A stretch of DNA of 64,000 bases from an uncultured SAR86 cluster bacterium (GCA_902563105.1 CACEVU010000005.1:26557-90556); one strand, 5' to 3'. Shown: positions 1 to 10,545, counted from the first letter of the stretch. A program made the numbers and translations. The notes: a model not told the origin generated them from the letters alone.

Positions 1-1881
1 ATCTTCGTTTGAAGGCTTCCTTGACTCACTTTTATCTTTGATCTTTGAAGGATCATTATTTTTAGTAATATTATTTTTTGGCTTAGCATTATTTTTTTCT
101 TCTGATGAATTTTTAACTTTTGTTTTTTGATTATTTGACCTTTTTTTCTCATAAGATTTATTCTTATTAACCCTATTTTTATTCTCATTTCTACTTCTGT
201 TTTTATTAAAAGCTTTTTTGCCCTGATTACTTTGTCTTTTATTTCTTCTTTTATCTTTTTGGGCTTTTTGTTTTTTAGGACTACTTTTAAATAAATCAAT
301 AAATCTTTTGAGTAAAGACTTTTTCGGCCTTCTTAATCTTTTGATATCTAATAATGGCTTTTCTTCAACTATTTTTTTCTTACTCTTTTTTTCAAAATGA
401 TCAGCTACAGAGATGCTTGATCTATTTTTTTCTGGATCCATGACTTTTCCATCTTTAATTCTTACAACCTCAAATCTAGAATCAGGTCTGGTTGCATCTG
501 ATATGACTACAAGTTTTACGTTACTTCTAGCTTCAATGTCATTTAGTCGAACCCTTCTTTCATTTAATAATAGTGAAGACATGTCAGGTGAAACAATTGC
601 TCGTACTTCGCTAGTCTTTTCTTTACTAGACTCTTCCTCGAGAAGGCGAAGAACAGCTGTTGAAAGAGTATTTATATCTTGCGTCCATCTTTCTTTAAGA
701 GAAGATCTCAACCTTTGCCTTGATAATTCTAATAGACCAAACCTTGAGATTCTTCCTATTTGCACTCTTGCTCTATCTTCAGACAAAGCCTCTCTCATGG
801 CATCTTCAACAGCTCTTTTATTTTCAAGTTTCATCATATCTATGAAATCTATGACCACTAAGCCACCTATATCTCTGAGTCTTAACTGTCTACCAATTTC
901 TTCACAAGCCTCTATGTTTGTTTTTACCGCTGTTTCTTCAATATCTTTCCCAGATGTTGCTTGGGAAGAATTAATATCTATTGCCACCAAAGCTTCAGCA
1001 TCGTCAATAACTATTGAGCCTCCAGAAACAAGTTTTACCTCTCTTTGATAAGCAGTTTCAATTTGAGATTCAATTTGATAACGAGTAAAAAGCGGAAGGG
1101 TATTTTCATACTTATTTAGTATCTGAATCTGATCTGGCATAACGCGTTCAACGAATTCTGAAGCTTCTTGAAAAGCTTCATCAGTATCAACCCAAATTTC
1201 CTCAATATCCTCTTTTAAATAATCCCTTAAAGCTCTTATTATGATGTCACTTTCTTTAAAGATTAGAACAGGACTGTTTTTAAGAGTATTGGCTTCATTA
1301 ATTCCTTCCCAAATTCTTTGAAGATAATCAAGATCCCACTTCAAATCATCCAAATCTTTTCCTTCGCCAGCTGTTCGGACTATCAATCCCATAGATTCTG
1401 GAATATTTAAAGAAGCAATCCTTTCTTTTAATTTATCTCTTTCTTTTCCTTCTAATCTTCGTGATATTCCAGCAGCTTTTGGATTGTTTGGCATCAAAAC
1501 AATGTATCTTCCTGCAAGACTAATATTAGTAGTTAGAGCAGCGCCCTTATTACCTCTTTCATCTTTTTCTACTTGAATAAGAATTTCCTGATCTTTCTTC
1601 AAGCAGTCTGAAACCGACAGTCTTGAATTACGATTTTGTTTCTCAGGATAAAATTGAGGAGAAATTTCCTTAAAAGGTAAGAAGCCGTGCCTCTCTGCAC
1701 CATAATTTACGAAAGCAGCTCCTAAGCTGGGCTCTATTCTACTAACCTTGCCTTTATAAATATTCCCTTTTCTACGAACTTCGCTAATATTTTCTATATC
1801 CAAGTCGTATAAAAGATTACCTTCAGTGATAGCAACCCTTAGTTCTTCAGGTTGAGTTGCATTTATAAGCATTCTTTTCAT
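1..1881 (-). CDS. rne: Ribonuclease E (3' end runs off the window)
   Basis: Hand translation of the minus strand from the ATG at 1881 gives MKRMLINATQPEELRVA..., the RNase E N-terminus. It has a K/R-rich disordered C-terminal part and is divergent from rluC. Absent from the ORF track because no stop lies in the window. Confidence 0.96.
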   Translation of the reverse strand, partial: MKRMLINATQPEELRVAITEGNLLYDLDIENISEVRRKGNIYKGKVSRIEPSLGAAFVNYGAERHGFLPFKEISPQFYPEKQNRNSRLSVSDCLKKDQEILIQVEKDERGNKGAALTTNISLAGRYIVLMPNNPKAAGISRRLEGKERDKLKERIASLNIPESMGLIVRTAGEGKDLDDLKWDLDYLQRIWEGINEANTLKNSPVLIFKESDIIIRALRDYLKEDIEEIWVDTDEAFQEASEFVERVMPDQIQILNKYENTLPLFTRYQIESQIETAYQREVKLVSGGSIVIDDAEALVAIDINSSQATSGKDIEETAVKTNIEACEEIGRQLRLRDIGGLVVIDFIDMMKLENKRAVEDAMREALSEDRARVQIGRISRFGLLELSRQRLRSSLKERWTQDINTLSTAVLRLLEEESSKEKTSEVRAIVSPDMSSLLLNERRVRLNDIEARSNVKLVVISDATRPDSRFEVVRIKDGKVMDPEKNRSSISVADHFEKKSKKKIVEEKPLLDIKRLRRPKKSLLKRFIDLFKSSPKKQKAQKDKRRNKRQSNQGKKAFNKNRSRNENKNRVNKNKSYEKKRSNNQKTKVKNSSEEKNNAKPKNNITKNNDPSKIKDKSESRKPSNED

Positions 1882-2090
1882 AATTTTCCTCATGAAAATG
1901 CTTAAATATAAAACAATGGGTCCCTCAAACAGGGATTAGTGAAAATAAACATTAGGTTTTACGCCCAAGCTACCTATATTTATTAAATTCTTATATTTAA
2001 ACTATATTAAAAATTTTGCCCTAAATAACTTAATTAGGGTCTTAAAGAAGAGTATCTTAAAGAAATTATTCAAATAAATCTAAATTATTT

Positions 2091-3005
2091 ATGTCTGAAG
2101 TAAAAAAAATAACCATAAATTACGATTTGGCAGGCCAAAGACTAGATAATTTTTTAATAAATTTGCTGAAAGGGGTGCCTAAATCAAAGATTTATTCAAT
2201 TATTAGAAAAGGCGAGATAAGAATAAATAGCAGAAGAAAGAAACCTCTTTACAAGCTTTGTGAGGGAGATGAAATAAGAATTCCTCCAATAAAAGTTTCT
2301 AGCAAAAAAAATAATTTCGTTGCGAGTAATATTGTTTCACTTATAAAAGATTCTATTGTTTATGAAGATGAAAACTTCATTGCTATCGACAAGCCAGAGG
2401 GAATTGCTTCACATGGTGGAAGTGGTATCAATATAGGCATAATAGAAGCTGTTCGAAATATTGGAAAACAATACAGAAGTGCAAAGTTAGTACATAGGCT
2501 AGACAAAAATACCTCTGGCTGTCAGATCATAGCCAAAAACAATAAATTTTTGAGACACTGCAACCAATTAATAGCCAATAGAGAAGTAGAAAAAACCTAT
2601 CTTGCAGTGGTTTATGGAAAATGGAATCTAAAAGATGGTTTGTATGAAATAAATCTAGAAAAAAATTTAATGAAAGGTAACGAAAGAGTTGTAAAGAAAA
2701 CAGAGGGAGGAAAGAAAGCTAAAACTGGTCTATATAATTTAGAAGTTTCAAAACATTTTTCCCTTTTAAAGTGCAACTTACATACAGGCCGAACGCATCA
2801 ATTGAGAGTTCAGCTATCTTCTTTAGGATTTCCAATAGTTGGCGATCAAAAATATAGAATTAAGAAAAAAGAATATCTCGATACGAACTTTGATGTGAGA
2901 AGAATGTATCTACATTCTCAAAGCTTCGTAATAAAGGAATTAGATATAAATTTGAAGGTCAAACCGCCTGAAGATTTTAAAAAAATACTTAAAAATGATG
3001 AATAA
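2091..3005 (+). CDS. rluC: 23S rRNA pseudouridine synthase (RluC, RluA family)
   Basis: S4 domain GQRLDNFL, catalytic VHRLDKNTSG, GRTHQLRV; divergent from rne. Confidence 0.92.
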   Translation: MSEVKKITINYDLAGQRLDNFLINLLKGVPKSKIYSIIRKGEIRINSRRKKPLYKLCEGDEIRIPPIKVSSKKNNFVASNIVSLIKDSIVYEDENFIAIDKPEGIASHGGSGINIGIIEAVRNIGKQYRSAKLVHRLDKNTSGCQIIAKNNKFLRHCNQLIANREVEKTYLAVVYGKWNLKDGLYEINLEKNLMKGNERVVKKTEGGKKAKTGLYNLEVSKHFSLLKCNLHTGRTHQLRVQLSSLGFPIVGDQKYRIKKKEYLDTNFDVRRMYLHSQSFVIKELDINLKVKPPEDFKKILKNDE

Positions 3006-3040
3006 ATTCCTAAATTGTCCTAGAATTGCTTCACAAAATT

Positions 3041-3247
3041 ATGGCTGTTCAAAAAAGTAAGGTTTCAAGAGCTAGAAGGGGCGCAAGGCGTTCTCATAAT
3101 TCTTTAAAAAAAGAAACCTTATCCTTAGATCCTGTATCAGGTGAAAAGCATTTAAGGCATCACATGACTAGAGATGGTTTCTTTAAGGGTCGTAAGGTTC
3201 TAGAAATAAAAACTAAAGCAGAATCGCCGGAAGACTCAACAACTTAG
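3041..3247 (+). CDS. rpmF: 50S ribosomal protein L32
   Basis: [19 protein letters not shown]...GEKHLRHH; start taken at ATG 3041. Confidence 0.95.
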   Translation: MAVQKSKVSRARRGARRSHNSLKKETLSLDPVSGEKHLRHHMTRDGFFKGRKVLEIKTKAESPEDSTT

Positions 3248-3250
3248 TCA

Positions 3251-3982
3251 GTGTCTAAAAAAACCGTTTTAATAACCGGTGCCACAAGAGGTATTGGTAA
3301 AGCTATTCTCGAAGCTTTTAATAAAGATTATCTAATAATAGGGACCGGAACTTCTGAAGAAAGTTTAAGCAGTATTACTGAAAATCTAAAGTCACTTAAA
3401 ATAGAAGGCAAAGCATTCAAACTGGATTTAAATGACAGGCAGTCAATCAAAGCCCTGTCTCTTTCTCTGGACAAAGAAGAGATTTATCCGGATATTTTGA
3501 TAAATAATGCTGGTATCACCAGAGATAATATTATGCTTCGCATGCAAGAAGACGAATGGGATGACGTTATTAACATACATCTTAATGGTCAGTACCTTTT
3601 GATAAAATCTTTTTTAAAAAAAATGGTTAAAAATAGATGGGGCAGAATAATAAATATTTCTTCTACTTCAGCTGCTCTCGGAAATAAAGGTCAAGCAAAT
3701 TATGCTGCAGCTAAAGCTGGTATTGAAGCTATGTCTCGATCTCTGGCAAGAGAGCTTGGATCTAGAAACATAAATGTAAATTGTGTAGCTCCTGGATTCA
3801 TTGAAACAGATATGACCAAAGAAATTTCAAAAGGTAATGAAGATTTTTTTGCCTCTCAAATTCCTCTTGGTAGATTAGGGAAATCTAGTGAAATCGCCGA
3901 AGTTGTTCACTTTTTAGCTTCAGATCAAGCAAATTATATTACTGGCCAAACGTTACACGTCAATGGTGGTCTTTATATGTAG
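3251..3982 (+). CDS. fabG: 3-oxoacyl-ACP reductase
   Basis: TGATRGIG, NNAGITRD, YAAAK; upstream of acpP. Confidence 0.95.
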   Translation: MSKKTVLITGATRGIGKAILEAFNKDYLIIGTGTSEESLSSITENLKSLKIEGKAFKLDLNDRQSIKALSLSLDKEEIYPDILINNAGITRDNIMLRMQEDEWDDVINIHLNGQYLLIKSFLKKMVKNRWGRIINISSTSAALGNKGQANYAAAKAGIEAMSRSLARELGSRNINVNCVAPGFIETDMTKEISKGNEDFFASQIPLGRLGKSSEIAEVVHFLASDQANYITGQTLHVNGGLYM

Positions 3983-4010
3983 CTTGAATGGCACAAATTT
4001 GATGCATAAA

Positions 4011-4053
4011 TTTTACATATATTTGTAAAAATTTTTTTTTAAAGGTATATAAT
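4011..4053 (+). promoter_or_regulatory. Putative acpP promoter region with an inverted repeat
   Basis: TATAAT at 4048-4053 and a TTTTACA-N6-TGTAAAA palindrome at 4011-4030 in the fabG-acpP gap. The -35 spacing is imperfect and the context is AT-rich. Confidence 0.35.
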
Positions 4054-4081
4054 TCATTCACGTTTTTAAATAGAGGTTCAT

Positions 4082-4315
4082 ATGAGCAGTACTGAAGACA
4101 GAGTTCGAAGGATAGTGTGCGAACAATTAGGAGTTGGTGAAGAAGAAGTTACTCTTTCAGCGTCCTTCATAGATGATTTAGGAGCAGATTCATTAGATAC
4201 TGTTGAGTTAGTAATGGCTTTTGAAGAGGAATTTGAAATTGAAATTCCTGACGAGGAAGCAGAAAAAATAGCTACTGTCGAAGATGCAGTTAGCTACATT
4301 GATTCCGCTGAATAA
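4082..4315 (+). CDS. acpP: Acyl carrier protein
   Basis: [20 protein letters not shown] phosphopantetheine motif. Confidence 0.98.
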   Translation: MSSTEDRVRRIVCEQLGVGEEEVTLSASFIDDLGADSLDTVELVMAFEEEFEIEIPDEEAEKIATVEDAVSYIDSAE

Positions 4316-4327
4316 AGTTTTTTAACC

Positions 4328-5566
4328 ATGTCATCTGAAAGACGAGTTGTCGTAACTGGTCTTGGTACAGTTTCACCTTTAGGTAATGATATAGATACTA
4401 CCTGGGCTAATATCACTAAAGGAATAAGTGGTGCAGCCAGTATAACTAAATTCGATACCTCAGAATTTGCAACGACTTTTGCTGCAGAACTGAAAGGCTA
4501 TGATGAAATCTCTGGTTTATCTCCTAAAGAAAAACGACGAATTGATCCTTTCGTTCAATATGCATTAACAGCTTCAGATCAGGCAATTAAGGATGCAAAT
4601 TTATCTTTAGAAAATATTGATAATACTAGAATTGGGGTCTCGATAGGCTCAGGAATAGGCGGCTTAGGTAGCATTGAAAACAACGCAATTATTCTTAACC
4701 AAAAGGGACCGCGAAAGATTTCTCCTTTTTTTGTCCCAGGAGCAATCATAAATATGGCTTCTGGAAATGTAGCTATCAAATATAATCTTCAAGGCCCAAA
4801 TATATCAATAGTTTCGGCCTGCTCTAGCGCAGGTCATAGTATAGGCTATTCAGCTAGAAGCATTTTATATGGAGATGCGGATATTATGATAACAGGAGGT
4901 TCAGAGGCTGGAATAACTCCACTAGGTTTAGCTGGATTTAATGCGGCAAAAGCTCTATCAACAAATAATGAAAATATTAAAAGAGCCAGTTGTCCTTGGG
5001 ATAAAAAAAGAGATGGATTTTTATTAGGAGAGGGAGCCGGTATATTGGTTCTTGAAGAATTAACTTCAGCACTAAATAGAGACGCTAAAATTTATGGAGA
5101 AGTTGTTGGTTTTGGCCAAAGCGATGATGCCTATCACATAACCGCTCCAGCTGAAGACGGACGTGGAGCCTATAATGCTATGAAAAATGCTCTAAATGAT
5201 TTTAACGAAGATTACTCTTTGATTGATTATATTAATGCTCATGGAACCTCAACACCTCTTGGCGATGTTATAGAAGCCAAAGCAATTTACGAACTATTTA
5301 AGGATGTTAGTAATTTATCTGTAAGCTCAACAAAATCTATGACTGGACATTTATTAGGTGCGGCAGGCGCAATTGAAGCAATTTTTTGTCTACTCTCTAT
5401 GAGAGATTCAGTAATACCCCCCACGATAAATTTAGATGATCCAGATAATGAATTTAACCTTGACTTAACTCCTAATACTTCTAAATCTAGAGAAGTAAAA
5501 TATTCTATGAGTAACTCCTTTGGTTTTGGAGGAACAAACGTTTCGCTTATTTTTAAAAAAATTTAG
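4328..5566 (+). CDS. fabF: Beta-ketoacyl-ACP synthase II
   Basis: RRVVVTGLG, SACSS, NAHGTST, GHLLGAAG, SNSFGFGG. Confidence 0.96.
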   Translation: MSSERRVVVTGLGTVSPLGNDIDTTWANITKGISGAASITKFDTSEFATTFAAELKGYDEISGLSPKEKRRIDPFVQYALTASDQAIKDANLSLENIDNTRIGVSIGSGIGGLGSIENNAIILNQKGPRKISPFFVPGAIINMASGNVAIKYNLQGPNISIVSACSSAGHSIGYSARSILYGDADIMITGGSEAGITPLGLAGFNAAKALSTNNENIKRASCPWDKKRDGFLLGEGAGILVLEELTSALNRDAKIYGEVVGFGQSDDAYHITAPAEDGRGAYNAMKNALNDFNEDYSLIDYINAHGTSTPLGDVIEAKAIYELFKDVSNLSVSSTKSMTGHLLGAAGAIEAIFCLLSMRDSVIPPTINLDDPDNEFNLDLTPNTSKSREVKYSMSNSFGFGGTNVSLIFKKI

Positions 5567-6486
5567 TGAAATATATATTTCTATTTATATTTTTGCTTAA
5601 TCTATCTTTTTACTCTTTTCTTTTGATCAAGCCTTTAAATAATCCAATTGAATTTAGAATTGATAAAGGAGAAGGGTTAGAAAAAATTTTTTTTAATTTA
5701 GAACAAAAAACTGTTTTTTTTCCAAAATCTTTAAAATTATTATTCAATATTTTTGGTGCAGACAAGAGAATTTTTCCGGGTAAATATAAAATTTCTGATG
5801 AAGATTCTTTGTATGAAGTTTTTAACAAAATCTATAACGGAAAAATTATTTTAAAAAAATTCATTATTCATGAAGGCGCTATAGTTAAAAATCTTTTTTC
5901 AAAAAATATTTTGGATCAATTTTGTTTGGAAAGAAAAGTTTCAGAACCTTGTAGTCTTGAAGGATATCTTATGCCTGATGTTTATTTCTATAATCAAGAG
6001 AATGAAAAACTACAGATCCTAAATGTGTCTTATTCAAAACAAATCAACAATATCGACGAAGCTTGGAATCAAAGAAATGAACTGGCCTCAAATACTACAA
6101 AATATGAACTTTTGATAATTGCTTCAATTTTAGAAAAAGAGTCTTGTGCTAATGAAAGAAAAAAAATTTCTGGTGTCATTTTTAATAGGCTCAAAAAAAA
6201 TATGCTTTTGCAGATGGATTCTACGACTATATACGCTCTTAAAGACTTTGATGGAAACCTTAAGAAAAAAGACCTAAAGAATTCTTCCTTATATAATACT
6301 TATATGCACAAAGGATTACCTCCCGGACCAATTTCTAACCCCTCGCGAGAATCCCTTTTCTCAGCAGGTCAGCCTGAAGCTCATGAGTTTTTATATTTTG
6401 TAGCTAAGGATAAATGCTCACATGAATTCTCTACCAATTATAAAGATCATGCTAAAGCTGTAAAAAAATTTCAGACTAACAAATAA
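5566..6486 (+). CDS. mltG: Endolytic transglycosylase MltG (YceG)
   Basis: LEGYLMPD, IASILEKE, LQMDST, YNTY..GLPPGPISNP; N-terminal TM helix. Confidence 0.92.
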   Translation: MKYIFLFIFLLNLSFYSFLLIKPLNNPIEFRIDKGEGLEKIFFNLEQKTVFFPKSLKLLFNIFGADKRIFPGKYKISDEDSLYEVFNKIYNGKIILKKFIIHEGAIVKNLFSKNILDQFCLERKVSEPCSLEGYLMPDVYFYNQENEKLQILNVSYSKQINNIDEAWNQRNELASNTTKYELLIIASILEKESCANERKKISGVIFNRLKKNMLLQMDSTTIYALKDFDGNLKKKDLKNSSLYNTYMHKGLPPGPISNPSRESLFSAGQPEAHEFLYFVAKDKCSHEFSTNYKDHAKAVKKFQTNK

Positions 6487-7097
6487 TGTTTATTACTTTA
6501 GAAGGAACCGAAGGTGTAGGAAAATCAACATTGATAAGCTCTTTAAAAAAATATTTCACTGAGAAAGAGATAGATTTTATCTTCACAAAGGAGCCAGGGG
6601 GTACTCGAGAAGGAAAAGAAATAAGGAATATCTTATTAGATAGATCCATGAAATTAGAACCATATGCCGAAACTCTTCTCTTGCTTGCAGATAGAGTGCA
6701 ACACGTAACAAAAATTATAAAACCTGCTTTAGAAAAGAATAAAAATATTTTTTCTGATCGATACATTGATTCAACATATGCTTACCAGGGAGCGGGAAGA
6801 GATATAAGCCAAGATGACTTAGATAATTTTATAAATGTATTAAACTTTCCTATTCCGGATTTAACAATCTTTCTTGATTTGAGTATAACTGAGGGAATAA
6901 AAAGGGTAAAAAAAAGAGGTGAAGTAGATAGATTTGAAGAAGAAGAAGTTAGTTTTTTTGAAAAAATTAGACAATTTTACTTAGAAACAGCAAAGAAAAA
7001 TTCTAAGAGATTTTTCGTTATTGATGCCAGTCAATCTATGGATGAGGTATTTAATATTGCTAAAGACAAAATAATTAATACATTAAATGAAAATTGA
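6486..7097 (+). CDS. tmk: Thymidylate kinase
   Basis: FITLEGTEGVGKST, DRYIDSTYAYQG. Confidence 0.96.
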   Translation: MFITLEGTEGVGKSTLISSLKKYFTEKEIDFIFTKEPGGTREGKEIRNILLDRSMKLEPYAETLLLLADRVQHVTKIIKPALEKNKNIFSDRYIDSTYAYQGAGRDISQDDLDNFINVLNFPIPDLTIFLDLSITEGIKRVKKRGEVDRFEEEEVSFFEKIRQFYLETAKKNSKRFFVIDASQSMDEVFNIAKDKIINTLNEN

Positions 7098-7998
7098 ATC
7101 TTTAAGCTCGAAGATAAATTTTAAAAATATCTCACATGCTTATTTGTTTGAGTGCGATGGATCAAATATTTCTCATCAAAAAATAGATAACTTTATTAAA
7201 CAAATACTTTGCACTCAAAAAAAAGAAAATTTTCAATTTTGTGATAACTGTAAATCCTGTCTGTCTTTTAATTCAGAAGCGAATCCAGACTTCCTTAAGC
7301 TCTCACCAATCGATAAAGAAATGATAGGTATTGGATCTTTGCGAGGCGATAATGATTTGAATAGAGGAGTTATCAATTTATTAAATGAAACTCCTTTATT
7401 ATCCGAAGCGAAGGTAGTAAAAATCAATAACGCTGATCTTTTGACTGACGAAGCTCAAAATTATCTTTTGAAAATATTAGAAGAGCCATCAAAAAATTCC
7501 TACATTTTTTTGATATCTTCAAGACCTTATCGATTAAAAAAAACGATTTTGAGTCGAGTAACCAGAATAAATATTACACCAGATAATGATTTGGAGGTGT
7601 TTAAGGAAAAAAAAGTTGATAGATTTTTTTCAGAATTGATTTATAAGGAATTTGATGTGTCCATAATGTCTGAAGAAGAGCTGAATTTTCTTTTGACTAT
7701 TTTTGATGAAACTTTAAATTCTTTAGAAACTTATAACTTTTCAAAAAAAACTATTATAGATTCTTGGAACGATGAATATTTAAATTTTAGGTTAAATATT
7801 TTGAAACATTCGATTTTTGTAACCCTTTCGAAAAAAATTGAAGATCAAAGCTACACAGATAAAACTATATTTTCTAATATTCAGCAGGAGAGGTTATTTA
7901 TCTTCTTAGAAGAGTTGATTTCGATACAAGCTTTGATAGCAAACAAAGTTGCGATCAATAAGAAAATTCAATTGGATTCAATCTTCGATCTTGTTTAA
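7087..7998 (+). CDS. holB: DNA polymerase III delta' subunit
   Basis: HAYLF, Zn motif C..CDNCKSC, LLKILEEP, TILSR; follows tmk. Confidence 0.88.
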   Translation: MKIESLSSKINFKNISHAYLFECDGSNISHQKIDNFIKQILCTQKKENFQFCDNCKSCLSFNSEANPDFLKLSPIDKEMIGIGSLRGDNDLNRGVINLLNETPLLSEAKVVKINNADLLTDEAQNYLLKILEEPSKNSYIFLISSRPYRLKKTILSRVTRINITPDNDLEVFKEKKVDRFFSELIYKEFDVSIMSEEELNFLLTIFDETLNSLETYNFSKKTIIDSWNDEYLNFRLNILKHSIFVTLSKKIEDQSYTDKTIFSNIQQERLFIFLEELISIQALIANKVAINKKIQLDSIFDLV

Positions 7999-8667
7999 CT
8001 TTTGTTTTCTATAAAAAATCAATATAGGAAATGAAATTAAGCAAACCTGTACATAAATCGCCAGACAACTTGCAAAGATTGTGAAAATTTGTGGAATCTG
8101 TTCTTGACCCTCATATCCACTTCCCAATGATGATAGTGAGGTAATAGATAAAATCGTAATTATCCAAAAGAAACTGGCCATTAAAATGCACTGTAAAAAG
8201 TTTGATTTGGATTTTTCATAAGAAGAGATAATTGATTCCATAACTGATTTATTCTCTAAAATCGCGAAATAGTTTACAAACAGAAGAAAGCCTGCAAAAA
8301 GAATACCTGGAATAATAAATAAAATAAGACCTATGCCAATTATCATTGTGGTAATCAAAGAAAGAATTAATATTTTGATCAGAAATTTCCAAGAAATCGC
8401 ATAGTAAACGAGAACATCTCTACTTTTATTTTCTATAAGATCATTGGCTAATAAAATTGCCACAATTGTTACTAAAGGAGATACTAAAAAATTATTTAAT
8501 AACAAAAGAGTTATGTCAGCATTTGAAATATCACCTGAGAAACTTGATGCAGATCCAAGACTTGCTAAAAATCCAAAAAGAATAATAAGCGGAAAGATGT
8601 AAAGTGAAAATTTTAATCCAACATTTTTAAAATGCTCAAAACCTTTTGATATTGCCTGAAGTGTCAT
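7978..8667 (-). CDS. Multi-pass membrane protein of unknown function (YciC-like)
   Basis: About 5-6 hydrophobic helices with GLILFIIPGI; likely start is ATG 8667 (MTLQAISKG). Confidence 0.7.
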   Translation of the reverse strand: MTLQAISKGFEHFKNVGLKFSLYIFPLIILFGFLASLGSASSFSGDISNADITLLLLNNFLVSPLVTIVAILLANDLIENKSRDVLVYYAISWKFLIKILILSLITTMIIGIGLILFIIPGILFAGFLLFVNYFAILENKSVMESIISSYEKSKSNFLQCILMASFFWIITILSITSLSSLGSGYEGQEQIPQIFTIFASCLAIYVQVCLISFPILIFYRKQKLNKIED

Positions 8668-8688
8668 AGAATTAATTAGGAGTTTATT

Positions 8689-8916
8689 ATGATAGAAATA
8701 TGGTCTAAACCGCAATGTCCCTTTTGCGATAAAGCTGAAAGTTTATGTAAACAAAAAAACTTTGAATATAAAAAATATATGTTGGACGTAGATTTTTCAA
8801 GAGAAGATCTCTTTGAAAAATTTCCTTCAGCAAGAACATTTCCTCAAATTACTATCAACGGTGAGTTAATTGGAGGATATACTGAATTCGCTGCAAAAGT
8901 AATGTCAGAAGAATAA
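8689..8916 (+). CDS. Glutaredoxin
   Basis: CPFC, RTFPQI, IGGY. Confidence 0.93.
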   Translation: MIEIWSKPQCPFCDKAESLCKQKNFEYKKYMLDVDFSREDLFEKFPSARTFPQITINGELIGGYTEFAAKVMSEE

Positions 8917-10542
8917 TTGGAGATATTAAATAACTATATCTTACTCCTAGATAGTTACTTTGGAAGCGCTCCTTGGTTTCCGCTCTTACTCTTATCTATA
9001 GGAATATTCTTTACTTTTTATCTGGGCATTCCTCAGATAAGACATTTTACCAAGGGATGGAAAATCCTTTTTTTATCTGGAAAAGATAATGAAGGACAAA
9101 CATCTCCATTTCAGGCTTTGAGTACCGCTTTATCTGGAACGGTAGGGACGGGTAACATCGGTGGCGTGGCGATGGCAATTTTTATTGGCGGCCCTGCAGC
9201 TTTATTCTGGATGTGGGTGACTGCTTTTCTTGGAATGACGACTAAATTTGTCGAAGTTACTTTATCTCATCATTACCGGTTAAAAAATAATTCAGGCGAG
9301 CTTGTTGGTGGGCCAATGATATATATGGAAAAGGGCCTGAATATGAAATGGCTTGGAGTAATTTTTGCCTTTTGTTTGTTAGTAAGTACATTTGGTTCAG
9401 GCAACATGCCTCAAATTGACAATATATCTAGTACGATAGAATCAAGTTTTGGACTAGATCCCTTATATACGTCCATTGCAATGAGTTTACTGGTTGCCTC
9501 AGTAATTATTGGAGGGATAAAAAGAATTTCAACCATAGCTGCATCGATAGTTCCCCTAATGGCATTCATATACCTTATCGGCGGCTTAAGTGTTCTAATC
9601 TTCAATTATCAGAATATTATTCCTTCGTTAGAAGTAATTATATTTGATGTTTTTACAGGGTCTTCCGTGATGGGTGGATTTTTAGGAGCATCTTTTTCCT
9701 TGGCCTTTACATATGGAGTTGCAAGAGGCCTTTATTCAAATGAGGCAGGTCAAGGATCGGCCCCAATAGCTCATGCAACCTCAAGAACAAAACATTCCGT
9801 TGAAGAAGGATTTGTCTCAATTTTAGAGCCTTTTATCGATACCTTGATAATTTGTACATTGACTGGATTAGTTATTTTATCTTCAGGAGTTTGGACAGAT
9901 AAATTTACAAATAACTTTGAAAAAACATCAATGTTTTTAGTTGAAGGTACTCTGGATGAAAACCAAGATGCTCAAGAGATACTAAATTTTCTTTCAGGAA
10001 ATGATTCTTCTGTTAAAAGCTTTTCTGGGAATTTAAATGTTGAGTCAGGAAAAATAATTAATAACGTTACTGTAATTAATAATAGATCAATCGCGGAAGA
10101 CGTAGTGATCATGAAAAATAATTTGCCATATACTGGATTGATAGAAGTATCTGACAAAATAGGTATTGAATATGATGTCGTAGGAAAGTCTTTAGTTAAA
10201 TCTGCTGTATTAACAAGTAAGGCATTCAATAAGGGCTTTTTTGGAAATTATGGAGAATTCATTGTTTCTATAGGTTTGTTGTTATTTGCTTTTTCTACAG
10301 TTATTACTTGGGCATACTATGGAGACCGTTGCACTGCATATTTATTCGGTGAAGGAGCGATTATTTATTACCGAGTGATTTATGTTTTTGCATTTTTCAT
10401 AGCCGGCAGTGGTTTCATAGACACAGAAATTATATGGAATTTTGCCTTGATTACGGTTGCAGCAAGTACATTGCCTAATCTGATTTCGATGTTTTTACTG
10501 AGAGATAAAATGAAAAAAATCATTGAAGACTATAAGGATTAA
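8917..10542 (+). CDS. Na+/alanine-glycine symporter (AGCS family)
   Basis: GTVGTGNIGGVA, GGPAALFWMW, SNEAGQGSAPIAHA, EPFIDT. Confidence 0.93.
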   Translation: MEILNNYILLLDSYFGSAPWFPLLLLSIGIFFTFYLGIPQIRHFTKGWKILFLSGKDNEGQTSPFQALSTALSGTVGTGNIGGVAMAIFIGGPAALFWMWVTAFLGMTTKFVEVTLSHHYRLKNNSGELVGGPMIYMEKGLNMKWLGVIFAFCLLVSTFGSGNMPQIDNISSTIESSFGLDPLYTSIAMSLLVASVIIGGIKRISTIAASIVPLMAFIYLIGGLSVLIFNYQNIIPSLEVIIFDVFTGSSVMGGFLGASFSLAFTYGVARGLYSNEAGQGSAPIAHATSRTKHSVEEGFVSILEPFIDTLIICTLTGLVILSSGVWTDKFTNNFEKTSMFLVEGTLDENQDAQEILNFLSGNDSSVKSFSGNLNVESGKIINNVTVINNRSIAEDVVIMKNNLPYTGLIEVSDKIGIEYDVVGKSLVKSAVLTSKAFNKGFFGNYGEFIVSIGLLLFAFSTVITWAYYGDRCTAYLFGEGAIIYYRVIYVFAFFIAGSGFIDTEIIWNFALITVAASTLPNLISMFLLRDKMKKIIEDYKD

Positions 10543-10545
10543 ACA

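Noticed and set aside
413-1048. 211 aa plus-strand ORF
   Set aside because: Antisense shadow of rne on the minus strand.
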